Assembly: GCA_038237845.1 (NCBI GenBank)
Contig: JBBRYH010000010.1
Coordinates: forward strand, 25,692-89,691
DNA: 64,000 nucleotides
Origin: Bacteroidia bacterium
GTDB taxonomy: Bacteria > Bacteroidota > Bacteroidia > Palsa-965
Direction of reading: 5' to 3'
The position numbers were made by a program, and so were the translations under genes. Each line of letters begins with the position of its first letter. Position 1 is the stretch's first letter. The notes beneath the pieces are model-generated. The model saw nothing but the letters and a program-made list of their open reading frames with translations. It ran no database searches and was not told where the DNA came from. Below are positions 8,120-19,054 of this stretch, piece by piece.

Positions 8120-11100
8120 TTAATTGTGTTTTGTAATGAGTATTAATGTTTTGATTTCGTCATCCACTTCTACTGTGACTGCTTCTTTTTCAAGAATTTC
8201 ACTCACAAGTTCGAGTGTAGTAGCAAGAGTTTCAGAGCAAATATAATTGAAATTGTTGCTCACAGCAGTAGCAAGTGCCTCGTGTGATTTAATCTTCACA
8301 TCAATACGGTCTGTGACTGCGAAATCATTGTCCTTTCTAAGGTTTTGGATGCGGTTTACCAGCTCCCTTGCCAGACCCTCTTCCTTCAATTCACGGCTTA
8401 ATATTACATCTAATGCAACCGTAAAACGACCATCAATCGCCACCAACATTCCCGGCAAATCGTCTACAAGTATCTCAACCTCAGCCCTTTCAATATTAAT
8501 TGTTTCTCCTTCCAAGGTTAAATCGAAGTTTCCGTTTAGTTCCATGGCAGCGATATCTGCTTGAGAAAAGTTTGAAAATGCTGCCGCCGCCGCCTTCATA
8601 TGCTTCCCAAGCTTCTTTCCCAATAATTTAAAATCAGGCTTGATTTTTTTTAAAAAAACACCTGATTCTGTGACATATTCTAGGGTTTTAACGTTGGTTT
8701 CAGCCAAAATAAGGTCTTTTACAAGCTCCAAACGGCCTTGAAACTGCTTGTCCAGCAGTGGAATCATGATACGATTTAAGGGCTGACGAACACGGATATT
8801 CACTTTTTTGCGCAAAGAAAGAACAAGAGAAGAAAATTTTTCTGCGAGTTCCATGCGTTCCTCTAATTCTTTATCAATTAGTTTTTCATTTGTTTTCTTA
8901 AGTAAAGTAAGATGAATTGATTCTGGTTTTGATGCTTTATTTTTTGCACCATCTTTCAGATTAGCATAAAGCCACTCTGCAAAAAACGGAGCGAATGGAC
9001 TCATCAATTGCGATACAGTATCGAGACACTCATATAATGTTTCATAAGCAGCTTGTTTGTCACGTGTCATTTCGCCTTTCCAGAAACGTCGACGCGAGAG
9101 ACGAACGTACCAATTGGATAAATGTTCATCTACGAAATTTTCAATTGCACGTGCAGCAGGAGTCGGATCATAATCATCCAAACGTTCAGTTACTAATTTA
9201 ACCAATGAATTTAAACGGGAAATTAACCAACGATCCAATTCCCCTCGTTCAGCAACAGGAACCATATTGTTTTCATCGAATTCGAAATCATCAATGTTCG
9301 CATAAAGAACAAAAAACCCATAGGTATTATATAGCGTTCCTAAAAATCCACGTTGCGATTGTACGATTCCTTCTGTATCAAATTTTAAATTGTCCCAAGG
9401 TGAAGCATTGGTAACCATGTACCATCGTGTTGCATCAGGGCCATATTTTTTTAAAGTTTCAAAAGGATCAACACCATTGCCCAAACGTTTGGACATTTTA
9501 TTTCCATTCTTATCCAATACAAGTCCGTTTGAAATAACGTTTTTGTAAGCGACAGAATCAAAACACATGGATGAAATAGCATGCAGCGTATAAAACCATC
9601 CGCGAGTTTGATCGACACCTTCTGCAATAAAATCAGCGGGGAAATATTTTTTCTGATCGATCAATTCTTTATTCTCGAACGGATAATGCAATTGAGCATA
9701 TGGCATCGATCCTGAGTCAAACCAAACGTCAATTAAATCGGGTTCGCGGAATAGTTTCTTTCCATTTCGCTCGAGAAAAATATCATCTGCATAAGGACGA
9801 TGCAAATCAAATGTCTTGTAATTCGTTGCAGAAAAATCTCCAGGATTAAAATTCTCCAATGGATTTTTTGACATGAAACCGGCTTTCATCGCGCGCTCAA
9901 TTTCATTTTTCAATTCTTCAGCAGATCCAATACAAACAATTTCTGTATGATCTTCACTTTTCCAAATCGGCAATGGAATTCCCCAAAAACGGGAACGCGA
10001 TAAATTCCAGTCCTGTAAATTATTCAACCATTCTCCGAAACGACCAGTTCCAGTTGATTCCGGTTTCCAGTTGATTGTTTTATTTAATTCCGCCATCCGC
10101 TCTTTTTTCGAAGAGGCTTTTACAAACCAAGAGTCAAGCGGATAATATAAAATCGGTTTGTCAGTTCTCCAGCAATGCGGATAATTATGCTCGTAAGTTT
10201 CTTTCTTGAATAATTTTCCTTCGTTCTGCAATTTCAAAACGATACGTTCATCTACACTCAGGTAATTCATCTTGGAAGTATCCTTGATGAGGAATTGCAT
10301 GTAGCCTTTTTGTTTCGCTAATTCTTCTACTTTTTCTTTTTCATTCAGGTAGTCTTCTTTTACAAATTCACCTGCTAAACCGAATTGCGCATCTTTTACT
10401 TCGGGACGAAATTTTCCACGAAGATCAACGAGCGGAACTGCTTTTTTATTTTCATCAAGCACGAGCATAGGAGGGATGTCTGCAATTTTCGCTACACGCA
10501 TATCATCCGCCCCGAAGGTTGGTGCAATATGTACAATACCTGTTCCGTCTTCTGTAGAAACAAAATCTCCAGCAATTACTTGAAATGCTTTATCTGCATT
10601 TTCATAGGGTAATGCATAAGGAAGAAGTTGCTCGTATTTTAATCCGACGAGGTCGGAACCCGACATTTCTCCGGCAATATGAAATGGAATTGCTTTATCT
10701 CCGGCTTTATAATCTTCAAATTTTAATTCAGCATTCTTCTCGGGAAAAAACTTTGAGCAAAGATCTTTTGCAAGAACAACTCTGATTTCCTGATGTGTAA
10801 ATGGATTGTAAGTTTTAACTTCAACATAACGGATATTATTTCCAACTGCAAGAGCAGTATTCGATGGCAAGGTCCACGGAGTCGTCGTCCAAGCTAAAAT
10901 GTAAAAATTATTTATTGGGTAATTAGTACGAGCACTATCAATTTTTTTTAAGAATGACTGAAAGATGTCGTTCTCTGTTATCTTAAACATCGCTGTCGCC
11001 GTGCGATCTTTCACCGAACGATAACATCCCGGTTGATTAATTTCATGTGAAGACAAACCAGTTCCTGCTGCAGGAGAATAGGGTTGAATGGTATATCCCT

Positions 11101-11623
11101 TGTACATCAAATTCTTTTTGTACAAATCCTGTAACAACCACCAAACACTTTCGATGTATGTGTTTTCATAGGTAACATACGGGTGTTGCATGTCTACCCA
11201 ATAACCCATCATACGCGTAAGTTCTTCCCATTTGTCGGTGTACTTCATTACTTCATTACGACAAGCAGTATTATATTCCTCAATAGAAATTTTCTTTCCA
11301 ATATCTTCTTTGGTAATGCCAAGTGTTTTTTCAACACTCAATTCGATTGGCAATCCGTGTGTATCCCAACCTGCTTTACGTTTAACTTGTTTTCCTTTTA
11401 AAGTTTGGTATCGACAGAAAATATCTTTCAGTGCGCGACCCATTACATGGTGAATGCCGGGCATTCCATTTGCAGAAGGAGGACCTTCATAAAACACAAA
11501 AGGTTCTGCTCCCTCACGTGAAGAAACACTTTTCTCAAAAATTTTATTTTTATCCCAGTCTGCTAAAACCTTTTCCGCTATTTCCGGAAGATTCAAAGAA
11601 GAGAATTCCTTGTACTTTTTCAT
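8120..11623 (-). CDS. ileS: Isoleucine--tRNA ligase (type 2 IleRS). Start taken at MKKYKEF, not at the upstream start reported in the ORF track.
   Basis: HIGH-region PSANGMPGIHHVMGRALKD, KMSKR motif (NGNKMSKRLGN), about 1167 aa, C-terminal type-2 extension. Confidence 0.95.
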   Translation of the reverse strand: MKKYKEFSSLNLPEIAEKVLADWDKNKIFEKSVSSREGAEPFVFYEGPPSANGMPGIHHVMGRALKDIFCRYQTLKGKQVKRKAGWDTHGLPIELSVEKTLGITKEDIGKKISIEEYNTACRNEVMKYTDKWEELTRMMGYWVDMQHPYVTYENTYIESVWWLLQDLYKKNLMYKGYTIQPYSPAAGTGLSSHEINQPGCYRSVKDRTATAMFKITENDIFQSFLKKIDSARTNYPINNFYILAWTTTPWTLPSNTALAVGNNIRYVEVKTYNPFTHQEIRVVLAKDLCSKFFPEKNAELKFEDYKAGDKAIPFHIAGEMSGSDLVGLKYEQLLPYALPYENADKAFQVIAGDFVSTEDGTGIVHIAPTFGADDMRVAKIADIPPMLVLDENKKAVPLVDLRGKFRPEVKDAQFGLAGEFVKEDYLNEKEKVEELAKQKGYMQFLIKDTSKMNYLSVDERIVLKLQNEGKLFKKETYEHNYPHCWRTDKPILYYPLDSWFVKASSKKERMAELNKTINWKPESTGTGRFGEWLNNLQDWNLSRSRFWGIPLPIWKSEDHTEIVCIGSAEELKNEIERAMKAGFMSKNPLENFNPGDFSATNYKTFDLHRPYADDIFLERNGKKLFREPDLIDVWFDSGSMPYAQLHYPFENKELIDQKKYFPADFIAEGVDQTRGWFYTLHAISSMCFDSVAYKNVISNGLVLDKNGNKMSKRLGNGVDPFETLKKYGPDATRWYMVTNASPWDNLKFDTEGIVQSQRGFLGTLYNTYGFFVLYANIDDFEFDENNMVPVAERGELDRWLISRLNSLVKLVTERLDDYDPTPAARAIENFVDEHLSNWYVRLSRRRFWKGEMTRDKQAAYETLYECLDTVSQLMSPFAPFFAEWLYANLKDGAKNKASKPESIHLTLLKKTNEKLIDKELEERMELAEKFSSLVLSLRKKVNIRVRQPLNRIMIPLLDKQFQGRLELVKDLILAETNVKTLEYVTESGVFLKKIKPDFKLLGKKLGKHMKAAAAAFSNFSQADIAAMELNGNFDLTLEGETINIERAEVEILVDDLPGMLVAIDGRFTVALDVILSRELKEEGLARELVNRIQNLRKDNDFAVTDRIDVKIKSHEALATAVSNNFNYICSETLATTLELVSEILEKEAVTVEVDDEIKTLILITKHN

Positions 11624-11745
11624 TGTATTGAGGTCTCCTTGTGGAGGACGGCAAAGATAACCATGTGTCTTGAGACCAATGACATACAAATGGAGATTTT
11701 AATTGCGGAAATTGGCTGAAAGGCTAATTCTAAACCTAAAAAGCG

Positions 11746-13158
11746 CTATGGAAACGCCTCGAATAGGTTGAATTTTGTCATTTGAGAAGATATCGGCATC
11801 CTCCTCAAATTTTTTGACGAAACGAAGTCTGATTTTGCAAATAGATGCCATTTAATAGCTTCGTTATCGTTTGTTGTTAAGCTTAAGCCATGATATCGAT
11901 TGGCATAATTAGTCAAAGACCAATTGGTATACAAAGTAGTACTTATTGTAATTTCTGAATTTTCGCCGGTGACGGATGCAACCATTGCCAACTCATTAAT
12001 TGTAGCCTCGTCGCGTTTAATGATGTGTTTATTTGAAATATAAATAACAGAAATAATGACAAAAAGAATTACAAAAAGCGAAATAATTCGTACCCCTATT
12101 TGGATTTTGGAAAATGTATAAATCAATTCTGTCATCCGCTTGGCGCCATGCTGAGCATATATGGAAAGTGCAAAAGCAAAAAAAGGCAGTGAAGTGGCAA
12201 GGTAAAATGGACGCTGCTCAAGTGTAATCATTAATGGGAATGAACCTGCAATTCCGCAGCAAAGGAAAAAGTTAGCAAATTCTATTTGTAGCAATGGACC
12301 TTTTTTTCGTCCTGACAAATAAAACAAGAAGGAAATAAGTGCTGCTGGTGCAAGATTAATAAGCAATTGATCTAACAAATATAAATGTGAAGAAGTGGTA
12401 TCATGGAAATGGGCAAACGTTACGGTCAATCGCGAATGAAAATATTCGACAAAACTATTTCTTGCCGGCTAGTAAAGGATTACAAAGAAAATAAAAAGTA
12501 GTAGCACAGAAGAAACGATAAAAGAAGTGATCATCATTTTAAAGAAGGAGTAATTTTTGAAAAATAACCAAAAGAAAAACGGGCTTGTTATCAGAAATAA
12601 ACCTTGTGGACCTTTTGTCATTCCGGTGCAGACCAGAAAAAATCCGGCGATCAGGAAATGATAATATTTTGAATTCGGTTTCTGAAAAGCAATAATCATG
12701 TGCAAGATTGTTGCTAATGTAAAAACAATCATTGTACATTCTTCCAGGTTATTGACGAATGAACTCAACGTTTGTGGAATTGCAAACCAAAGCAGAAAGG
12801 GTAACCAGAACAAATTGTTTTCTGGAAATATCCTTTTCCAAATCCTAGCCATTAAAAATGCTGAGAGAATTATAAGTACAGTGGAATAAATCCGTTCTGT
12901 AATAAATCCGTCACCAAAAATTCGAAAGAAAATTCCTTGAAGAAAAAACATTAAAGGAGGCTGCTCATGAAAATGGGGATGCATAAATGCACTGAAATGA
13001 GGGTCCCAAAAGTTTCCAATTCCGTGTGCAAGATTTTTGCTTACTGCAGCATACAATATGCCATCCGTAAACATACCATCCATAAAAAGGGTTGGAAGCA
13101 CCATTGCAGAAATAATGGCAATGACAAATAGCAAAATGGTGTAATTTGATTTTTGCAA
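11746..13158 (-). pseudogene. ArnT/PMT-family (GT-C, GT83/GT39-like) polyprenol-phosphate-dependent glycosyltransferase split by a single in-frame TAG at 12469-12471 (minus strand). Halves of 229 and 227 aa.
   Basis: Both ORFs share one frame. The N-terminal half has the first-loop motif DGMFTDGILYAAVSKNLAHG (compare ArnT DETRYAEISREM). The downstream half only begins at a TTG (+ strand 12427-12429 is caa). Read-through translation RARNSFVEYFHSRL joins the two halves. Confidence 0.5.
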
Positions 13159-13224
13159 AGCGATTAATTCTTAAAACACAACTTTATTCAGCCTGCAAAT
13201 AAATGCGATTGAAAATAATATTTA

Positions 13225-13641
13225 TCAAACAGTTGCAATAACCTTTAATTCAATGCCGATAGGAGTAGGCAAACAATTGATCTCAAGCGTAGTTCTGCAA
13301 GGAGGATTTTCTGAAAAATATTCGGCCCACAATTTATTATAGATTTGGAAATCGTCTTTCATATTCGTGAGGAATACAGTAACGTCAATAATTTTATCCC
13401 AACTGCTTCCCGCATCTTCAAGAATAAATTTCACATTTTGAAAAACACTTCTACACTGTTTTTCAATATCATAAGAAGTAATTTTTCCATTTGAATCTAA
13501 TTCAACACCAGGAATTATTTTTGTTCCTTTTTCTCTTGGGCCAACTCCCGACAAAAAAAGAAGATTCCCCACACGTTTTGCATGTGGGTAAAGTCCAACA
13601 GGCTCAGGAGCTTTAGAAGAATTAATAGAATTTTCAGACAT
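13225..13641 (-). CDS. ridA: RidA/YjgF-family reactive-intermediate deaminase
   Basis: 138 aa. Conserved C-terminal region DVTVFLTNMKDDFQIYNKLWAEYF...PCRTTLEI. Confidence 0.75.
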   Translation of the reverse strand: MSENSINSSKAPEPVGLYPHAKRVGNLLFLSGVGPREKGTKIIPGVELDSNGKITSYDIEKQCRSVFQNVKFILEDAGSSWDKIIDVTVFLTNMKDDFQIYNKLWAEYFSENPPCRTTLEINCLPTPIGIELKVIATV

Positions 13642-13714
13642 AAAGCAAATATACTATCCAGAAGTGAACAAGCAGATATTCAAATGAAGGAAATCTCAAT
13701 TTAATACGAGCTGC

Positions 13715-15454
13715 TTATTCCTGTTTTATAAACTTCGAACGTGAAACTATATTTCCGTTTTCAAACAATGAAACAAAGTAAACTCCTGAAGGAAGATTTG
13801 CAATATTCAGATTGATTTCTGAAACATTTTCTAACTGTTGTAATAAAACTTCCTGTCCAACAATAGAAGTGATTACAATTTTATCCCCGCTTTCTATGCC
13901 AGTGAGGTGTAATTCATCTTTTGCAGGATTTGGGAAAACATGAAGCGAACCTAAATTGTTTTCATCTATTCCTACATCAAGTGCCCAAGGATAGGACAGA
14001 AACGAACAGCCAAATGCATTTGTTACTTCCAAAGAATAAACGCCGTTTCCATTTGTAAGATAGTTAACCATATCGGATGTTTCTCCTGCTAAAGGATTTC
14101 CATTCAAATACCATTGCATTGTATTTCCCGTTGTGTCAATTGTAACAAATGAGTTTGATGTAATTGAAATTGCAGGATGCCATAGTGAATCACAGAAAAT
14201 GGCTGTGACGGTATCCGAAAAAGAAGTGCAACCAAAAGCGATAATTGCAATCACATAATAATCGCCAGAAATAAATACGGTGTCGGTTGGCGCATTCTGT
14301 CCGAGTTGCGGACTTCCATTTAAATACCACTGTAAACTATATTGAAGGGAATCTGTATGTAACGTGTGATTCAGAGAATCATAAACAATATTTGCAATAC
14401 CAGGATAACCATAAACGTGAATTGTATCATTCGTAATTACAGAAGGTACAGGGGGGACGACCGTATGATTTACCGTATAATTGACAACAGAAATATTTGC
14501 TGCGCATCCGGTACATCCATTCAATGACATGGTATGATTTCCAACAAAATCATCAGCACCAAAGCCAAATTCAAAATCATCTTCATCCCAAACTTCAAGT
14601 ACATATGTATTCAAAGGATTCATATTAATATTTAATCCGTACCAACCGACAGGAGGAAACTGATCGGCGAAATAACTGGATTGATAAACAGGAGTTCCGT
14701 TTTCTTTTACAATAACAAACAAATCTGGATTTCCATCAATAGGATAACCCCATACTGAAGCAGAGTTTTGAATGGATGTGATGTCAATAGATGTAAGTGT
14801 GTAAAAATTATTTGTTGTTGTGTCGGCATATGCTTCATAATGTACGACGTAATCACCAGGTACATTATATACTTGCGGCACCGGATTTTCTGCAGTCGTC
14901 TGATTCGTATTTCCGAAATCCCAATAATAACCTTGTAAGCCCGGATTATTATTGACGAAATTAACCGTGATAGGAGAACATCCTGTAAAACCTGCCATGC
15001 TAAATCCATTATTCGAAGTATTCGAAGTGGCAGGAAGTACATTAATATAAATCTGAAAATTTACTGGAATGCCGGTTGCAATGGTGAGATCAGCAATCAC
15101 GGTAACGTCGATTGCATAAAATCCCGCAAGCAATGGAGTTCCAGAAACATGAACACAACCGTATTGATTAACCCATGGATCGTAATTACATCCAGTTTGA
15201 TAATTACTGCATTGCCAGCTTAGTCCAACAGGAAGGGTGACAGTAAGAATTTGAAAATTTGTAAAATCATATCCTCCTGTATCCAACGGCATGACAAAAG
15301 TTGCATCGGTCGAGTAAGGAACACCGACAGTAGCTGTTGGAAGCGTATCAGGATATATTCCTGTTTGCGTATAAGTGAGATTTGGCGTGCAGGGCTGTGC
15401 GAAGAATTTGATTCCTAAAAACAGAAATACGATTGCCAGTGTAATTTTTTTCAT
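13715..15454 (-). CDS. Secreted T9SS cargo protein with a type-A C-terminal sorting domain. Start taken at MKKITLAIVF.
   Basis: Signal peptide. C-terminus LHVFPNPAKDELHLTG...IVITSIVGQEV...PSGVYFVSLFENGNIVSRSKFIKQE is a classic Por_Secre_tail. Confidence 0.75.
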   Translation of the reverse strand: MKKITLAIVFLFLGIKFFAQPCTPNLTYTQTGIYPDTLPTATVGVPYSTDATFVMPLDTGGYDFTNFQILTVTLPVGLSWQCSNYQTGCNYDPWVNQYGCVHVSGTPLLAGFYAIDVTVIADLTIATGIPVNFQIYINVLPATSNTSNNGFSMAGFTGCSPITVNFVNNNPGLQGYYWDFGNTNQTTAENPVPQVYNVPGDYVVHYEAYADTTTNNFYTLTSIDITSIQNSASVWGYPIDGNPDLFVIVKENGTPVYQSSYFADQFPPVGWYGLNINMNPLNTYVLEVWDEDDFEFGFGADDFVGNHTMSLNGCTGCAANISVVNYTVNHTVVPPVPSVITNDTIHVYGYPGIANIVYDSLNHTLHTDSLQYSLQWYLNGSPQLGQNAPTDTVFISGDYYVIAIIAFGCTSFSDTVTAIFCDSLWHPAISITSNSFVTIDTTGNTMQWYLNGNPLAGETSDMVNYLTNGNGVYSLEVTNAFGCSFLSYPWALDVGIDENNLGSLHVFPNPAKDELHLTGIESGDKIVITSIVGQEVLLQQLENVSEINLNIANLPSGVYFVSLFENGNIVSRSKFIKQE

Positions 15455-15520
15455 TGCGGTAGATTTCGGGTTATTCAAACATAGTGAATAATGGAGGATT
15501 GTAATATGATTTATACCCAA

Positions 15521-16435
15521 TCATCTATTTTTTCTGCCCTTAACCGCCAGGATAATAAATATAATTCCAAGAATTCCTACTGTGAGCAGGAGCGCAAAGA
15601 AGGCCCAGGAGTCATTATGTGTTTGATTGGTGATTTCAATCAAAATCGGGGATGCGTCCATCGTTAGGCCATAATGATCTTTGAAAAAAGATTTCTGACT
15701 GTTTGAAAGCCCTTCCCAAGCAATATTTCGAATAACTCCTAAGTGAGCTTCTGTATCAAATAGAGCGGAATATTCCTCATCATTCAATTTGTCAAAGGAT
15801 AAAACAACTTTAATCGGATCACCCTCTTTCCAGTTTTCATCTACCATTGGAATATATTCAGAGACGGTGGTTGTAGTGCTTCCGTGATTAGTTGTTTTTG
15901 TTGTTTCTTCCAATGACTTATCTAATAAGATTCCAGAAACAGAAACATTTCGAGAACCCGAATAATTCCCATTTATAATTTCACTGACATTAACTTTTGA
16001 AAATCCAAAATCAAAATAGTGACGAAGGCCCGGATAAAAAATGCCTGCCATGACAATCGTAATAAGGAGAAACGCAACAATCGGGGCCCATTTCTTTGGA
16101 TTGGCAACTTTCATTGCTTTAAAAGCATCTGCTTCGGAAAGGTGATTCAGACTTTTATCAGGAAAACGAATATGCAATTCTTTGATCATGTCGTCGAAAC
16201 CGGTTTCGGCTGGAGTAGCAAAAACCTGAACCTTCTTTGATTTTCCTTTGTTGTCGGTATAAAGGAAAAATACCGAACGGTAATCTTTATTATCAAAAAT
16301 GTAAAAATTTTGAAAGTTGGAAAGGGGAATTTCTTTTTTAATAAAAGGACCTGTCTTGGTTCGAATGGCGAACTCATCAACAGAAACCATGTTACTAGCT
16401 GTGAAATAGGAAAAATGAAATTCTTTCATGGGCAT
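15521..16435 (-). CDS. Hypothetical two-TM membrane protein (304 aa)
   Basis: ORF with an internal TM helix (WAPIVAFLLITIVMAGIFYP) and a C-terminal one. No recognised family. Confidence 0.45.
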   Translation of the reverse strand: MPMKEFHFSYFTASNMVSVDEFAIRTKTGPFIKKEIPLSNFQNFYIFDNKDYRSVFFLYTDNKGKSKKVQVFATPAETGFDDMIKELHIRFPDKSLNHLSEADAFKAMKVANPKKWAPIVAFLLITIVMAGIFYPGLRHYFDFGFSKVNVSEIINGNYSGSRNVSVSGILLDKSLEETTKTTNHGSTTTTVSEYIPMVDENWKEGDPIKVVLSFDKLNDEEYSALFDTEAHLGVIRNIAWEGLSNSQKSFFKDHYGLTMDASPILIEITNQTHNDSWAFFALLLTVGILGIIFIILAVKGRKNR

Positions 16436-16527
16436 AGGGGTTTAAAAGTAAATGTAATAAAAGGAACCCAAATTTGTAAGGTACTTCGTGTTATCTTTGA
16501 ATGCCCTTAACACTTAATCATTTTCAA

Positions 16528-17397
16528 ATGAAAAAAATATTTACCTGTATTTTCATTACTGTTTTTCTGATCAGTTTTGAATCAAAAGCACAGCTAGCAA
16601 TTGCAACTGATAGTATTCTGCAACTTTCAACATGTGCTGGGGGAAATATTATTGTGCCTTATACTGTTTCAGGCGGAAATTATGCTTTTGGAAATATTTT
16701 CACAGCACAACTTTCAAATTCATTCGGACAATGGACAGCGCCCATTAATATTGGAACTTTATTTTACTGGTCCAGCGGAATTATTTTTTGCACAATACCT
16801 GCTAATACCAATTTCGGATTCTTTTATAGAATTCGTGTAATAGCAAGTAATCCACAGGATACAGGAAGTCAATGCCCGAACACTTTAATTATTACTCAGA
16901 TTGCGCAGCTGAATCAGATTATTTCTAATCCAGGAGATACGATGTGTGTTGGAGATTCTATAACGCTTACATCCATTAATCTTGCAACGGCTTATTCCTG
17001 GTCTACTGGCGACACAACAATGGCGATAACTGTTGGTGCTCCCGGAATTTATAGTGTTACTACAACTGATTTTCTAGGATGTGAAAGCACAACAAGCGAT
17101 ACGATTGTTTCCAGTGCTTGTACAGGCGTTTTAGAAAATGATTTAGAAAATGCCTTATCGGTTTATCCGAATCCTGCTTCAGGAAAATTGAATTTGAAAT
17201 GGAATGCAAGCGGAACAAAGTTTCTGGATTTGCACATGTATAATGCGGAAGGCGTTGAAGTAATTCGTTCTGAAAAAATAAAGGTGAACAGTATTACAGA
17301 GGTTCAGCTCGACATTTCGCAATTAGCTCCTGGCATGTATATGTTGATAATTGATAACGGAGTTTCCCGTTCGATTAAGAAAATTGTGGTGGAGTAA
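16528..17397 (+). CDS. Secreted T9SS cargo protein with a type-A CTD. Start taken at MKKIFTCIFI.
   Basis: Signal peptide. C-terminus LSVYPNPASGKLNLKW...MYNAEGVEV...LAPGMYMLIIDNGVSRSIKKIVVE. Confidence 0.75.
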   Translation: MKKIFTCIFITVFLISFESKAQLAIATDSILQLSTCAGGNIIVPYTVSGGNYAFGNIFTAQLSNSFGQWTAPINIGTLFYWSSGIIFCTIPANTNFGFFYRIRVIASNPQDTGSQCPNTLIITQIAQLNQIISNPGDTMCVGDSITLTSINLATAYSWSTGDTTMAITVGAPGIYSVTTTDFLGCESTTSDTIVSSACTGVLENDLENALSVYPNPASGKLNLKWNASGTKFLDLHMYNAEGVEVIRSEKIKVNSITEVQLDISQLAPGMYMLIIDNGVSRSIKKIVVE

Positions 17398-17399
17398 TT

Positions 17400-18932
17400 T
17401 CACTCAACCTTTTTCTCCAACCATTCAGCAAAATCAAACTGTTTATTCAAAGCAGCCTCATTTGTTTTACGAAAATCTTTTCTTATTCGGGAAATGTATT
17501 TCAGAAAGTCGCCCTTTTTATTTTTCATTAGTTTAGGATCTGACAGCATTCGAATTCCTTCAAGGATAGAAAGTGAATTGTGAAATTGAGCATCCTGCGT
17601 GATAAAACGTTTGGTGGAATTGAATCGGGTTTCAAATAATCGATCATGCGATTCAAATAAAACAAGAAGGTACAAAAGGCGAACATTAATTTTTACTTCC
17701 ATTCTGATGTTCAACTTGCGTTCGGCATTCATGATTTGATTGAGGTACTTTATCGAATTCTTAAAATTATTTGCAAGGAACTCGCACACGGCAATCATAA
17801 ATAATAAATCAAAGATGATCGGATTAAAGTCCAATTCAATTCTTTTAACTATTTGTTCTATCTCCTTTATGAAATGAATCGCGTCATCATATTTGCCCGA
17901 TTTGTAAAAAAGGAATAGTTCACTTTCGGATGTATTGATGAAAACTATTTTTGAAAATACTTCTTTTTTGATTTGATAAATTTCAATAAATTTTTTCTGA
18001 TCCTGAACAATGGAACGCGCCTCCTCGTATTTTTCGAGAAAGCACATGACATTGACAAGGTTGTTTGAGTTTATGTGGTAAATGGAAGAAAGATCCTGAA
18101 TTAATTGAGGAGCATTGTCCATTATTATTTTTATTTTTTTAAAACAATTGTAACGTTTCTGATGCTGATTTTGTACTGCATAAATTAAAGCTTTCGAGGA
18201 TAAATAATAATAATTAATCCAGAAACTTCTTTTGAGAATCTGATTTGGATATGTTGCTTTTAATTTTTTTAATGACTCTTCTAAAAAGGCGTCAACTAGT
18301 TTGCCTTTATTTATTTCTGTTTGTATTTTAAAAGCAATTTGCATCATCTGCGTTTGAATACGCATGATTTCCATAATGTGTATTTCTTCCGCAATACTTT
18401 TATTTAGATTTAGTTCATCTTCATTATTAATGTGAACTAAGGTTTCCCATCGAATCATAATAACCAACAGTGATTGTTTCTCAAGCGCATAGGATTCCGC
18501 TTTTGCCTTCTTAATTATCTTAAGACATTGACGAAAAAGCCCTCGGTTAAACAGGAGCTCAATTGAAATCAGAAAATTAGCATGCCTTGCGAGAAAAGTT
18601 TTTTCTCTGTGATAAGCATTTAAACTTTCGAGTAAATAAGAATAGAGATAGTTTTTTTCTGCAGGAAGATGACGAACGAAAATAGCACCCTCAAATTCAT
18701 TTTTGATTTTGCTCTCATCGTAATTTTCCTGTTTGCTGATCGCATCAAACAAACGAAGAAAATTTTTCGAATCGCCTCCAACATGTCCCGACGCATAGAG
18801 CTTAAAATGCCTTTTTTCAGACATGTTCATGCTTTTGATCAGCTGATGTAAGTCGGAGGCGGCTTTCACGTTAATTTCAGAAGTACAAGAATAATGAGAA
18901 ATATGGTAATAAATATAGGGATTAAAGCACAA
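17400..18932 (-). CDS. Hypothetical all-helical cytoplasmic protein (about 475-510 aa; the true start may be MNMSEKRHF). Divergent from the SprB-like gene. Possible regulator.
   Basis: Long ORF, no TM segments, helical-repeat-like composition. No recognised motif. Confidence 0.45.
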   Translation of the reverse strand: MCFNPYIYYHISHYSCTSEINVKAASDLHQLIKSMNMSEKRHFKLYASGHVGGDSKNFLRLFDAISKQENYDESKIKNEFEGAIFVRHLPAEKNYLYSYLLESLNAYHREKTFLARHANFLISIELLFNRGLFRQCLKIIKKAKAESYALEKQSLLVIMIRWETLVHINNEDELNLNKSIAEEIHIMEIMRIQTQMMQIAFKIQTEINKGKLVDAFLEESLKKLKATYPNQILKRSFWINYYYLSSKALIYAVQNQHQKRYNCFKKIKIIMDNAPQLIQDLSSIYHINSNNLVNVMCFLEKYEEARSIVQDQKKFIEIYQIKKEVFSKIVFINTSESELFLFYKSGKYDDAIHFIKEIEQIVKRIELDFNPIIFDLLFMIAVCEFLANNFKNSIKYLNQIMNAERKLNIRMEVKINVRLLYLLVLFESHDRLFETRFNSTKRFITQDAQFHNSLSILEGIRMLSDPKLMKNKKGDFLKYISRIRKDFRKTNEAALNKQFDFAEWLEKKVE

Positions 18933-19054
18933 TAATGGTTAATCAGAAGTCCAATAATATAGGAATTTTGTACTTGCTCAAAGTGCATGGCGATCTATAT
19001 TTGGTCATCAAAAATTTCCCCGATTTCCAAAACCAAAACCAAAAGCATAATTCA

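Noticed and set aside
7593-8136. Two Phe/Cys-rich plus-strand ORFs (176 and 174 aa)
   Set aside because: Antisense of the Lys-rich histone-like gene (AAG/AAA codons read as CTT/TTT). Compositional artefact.
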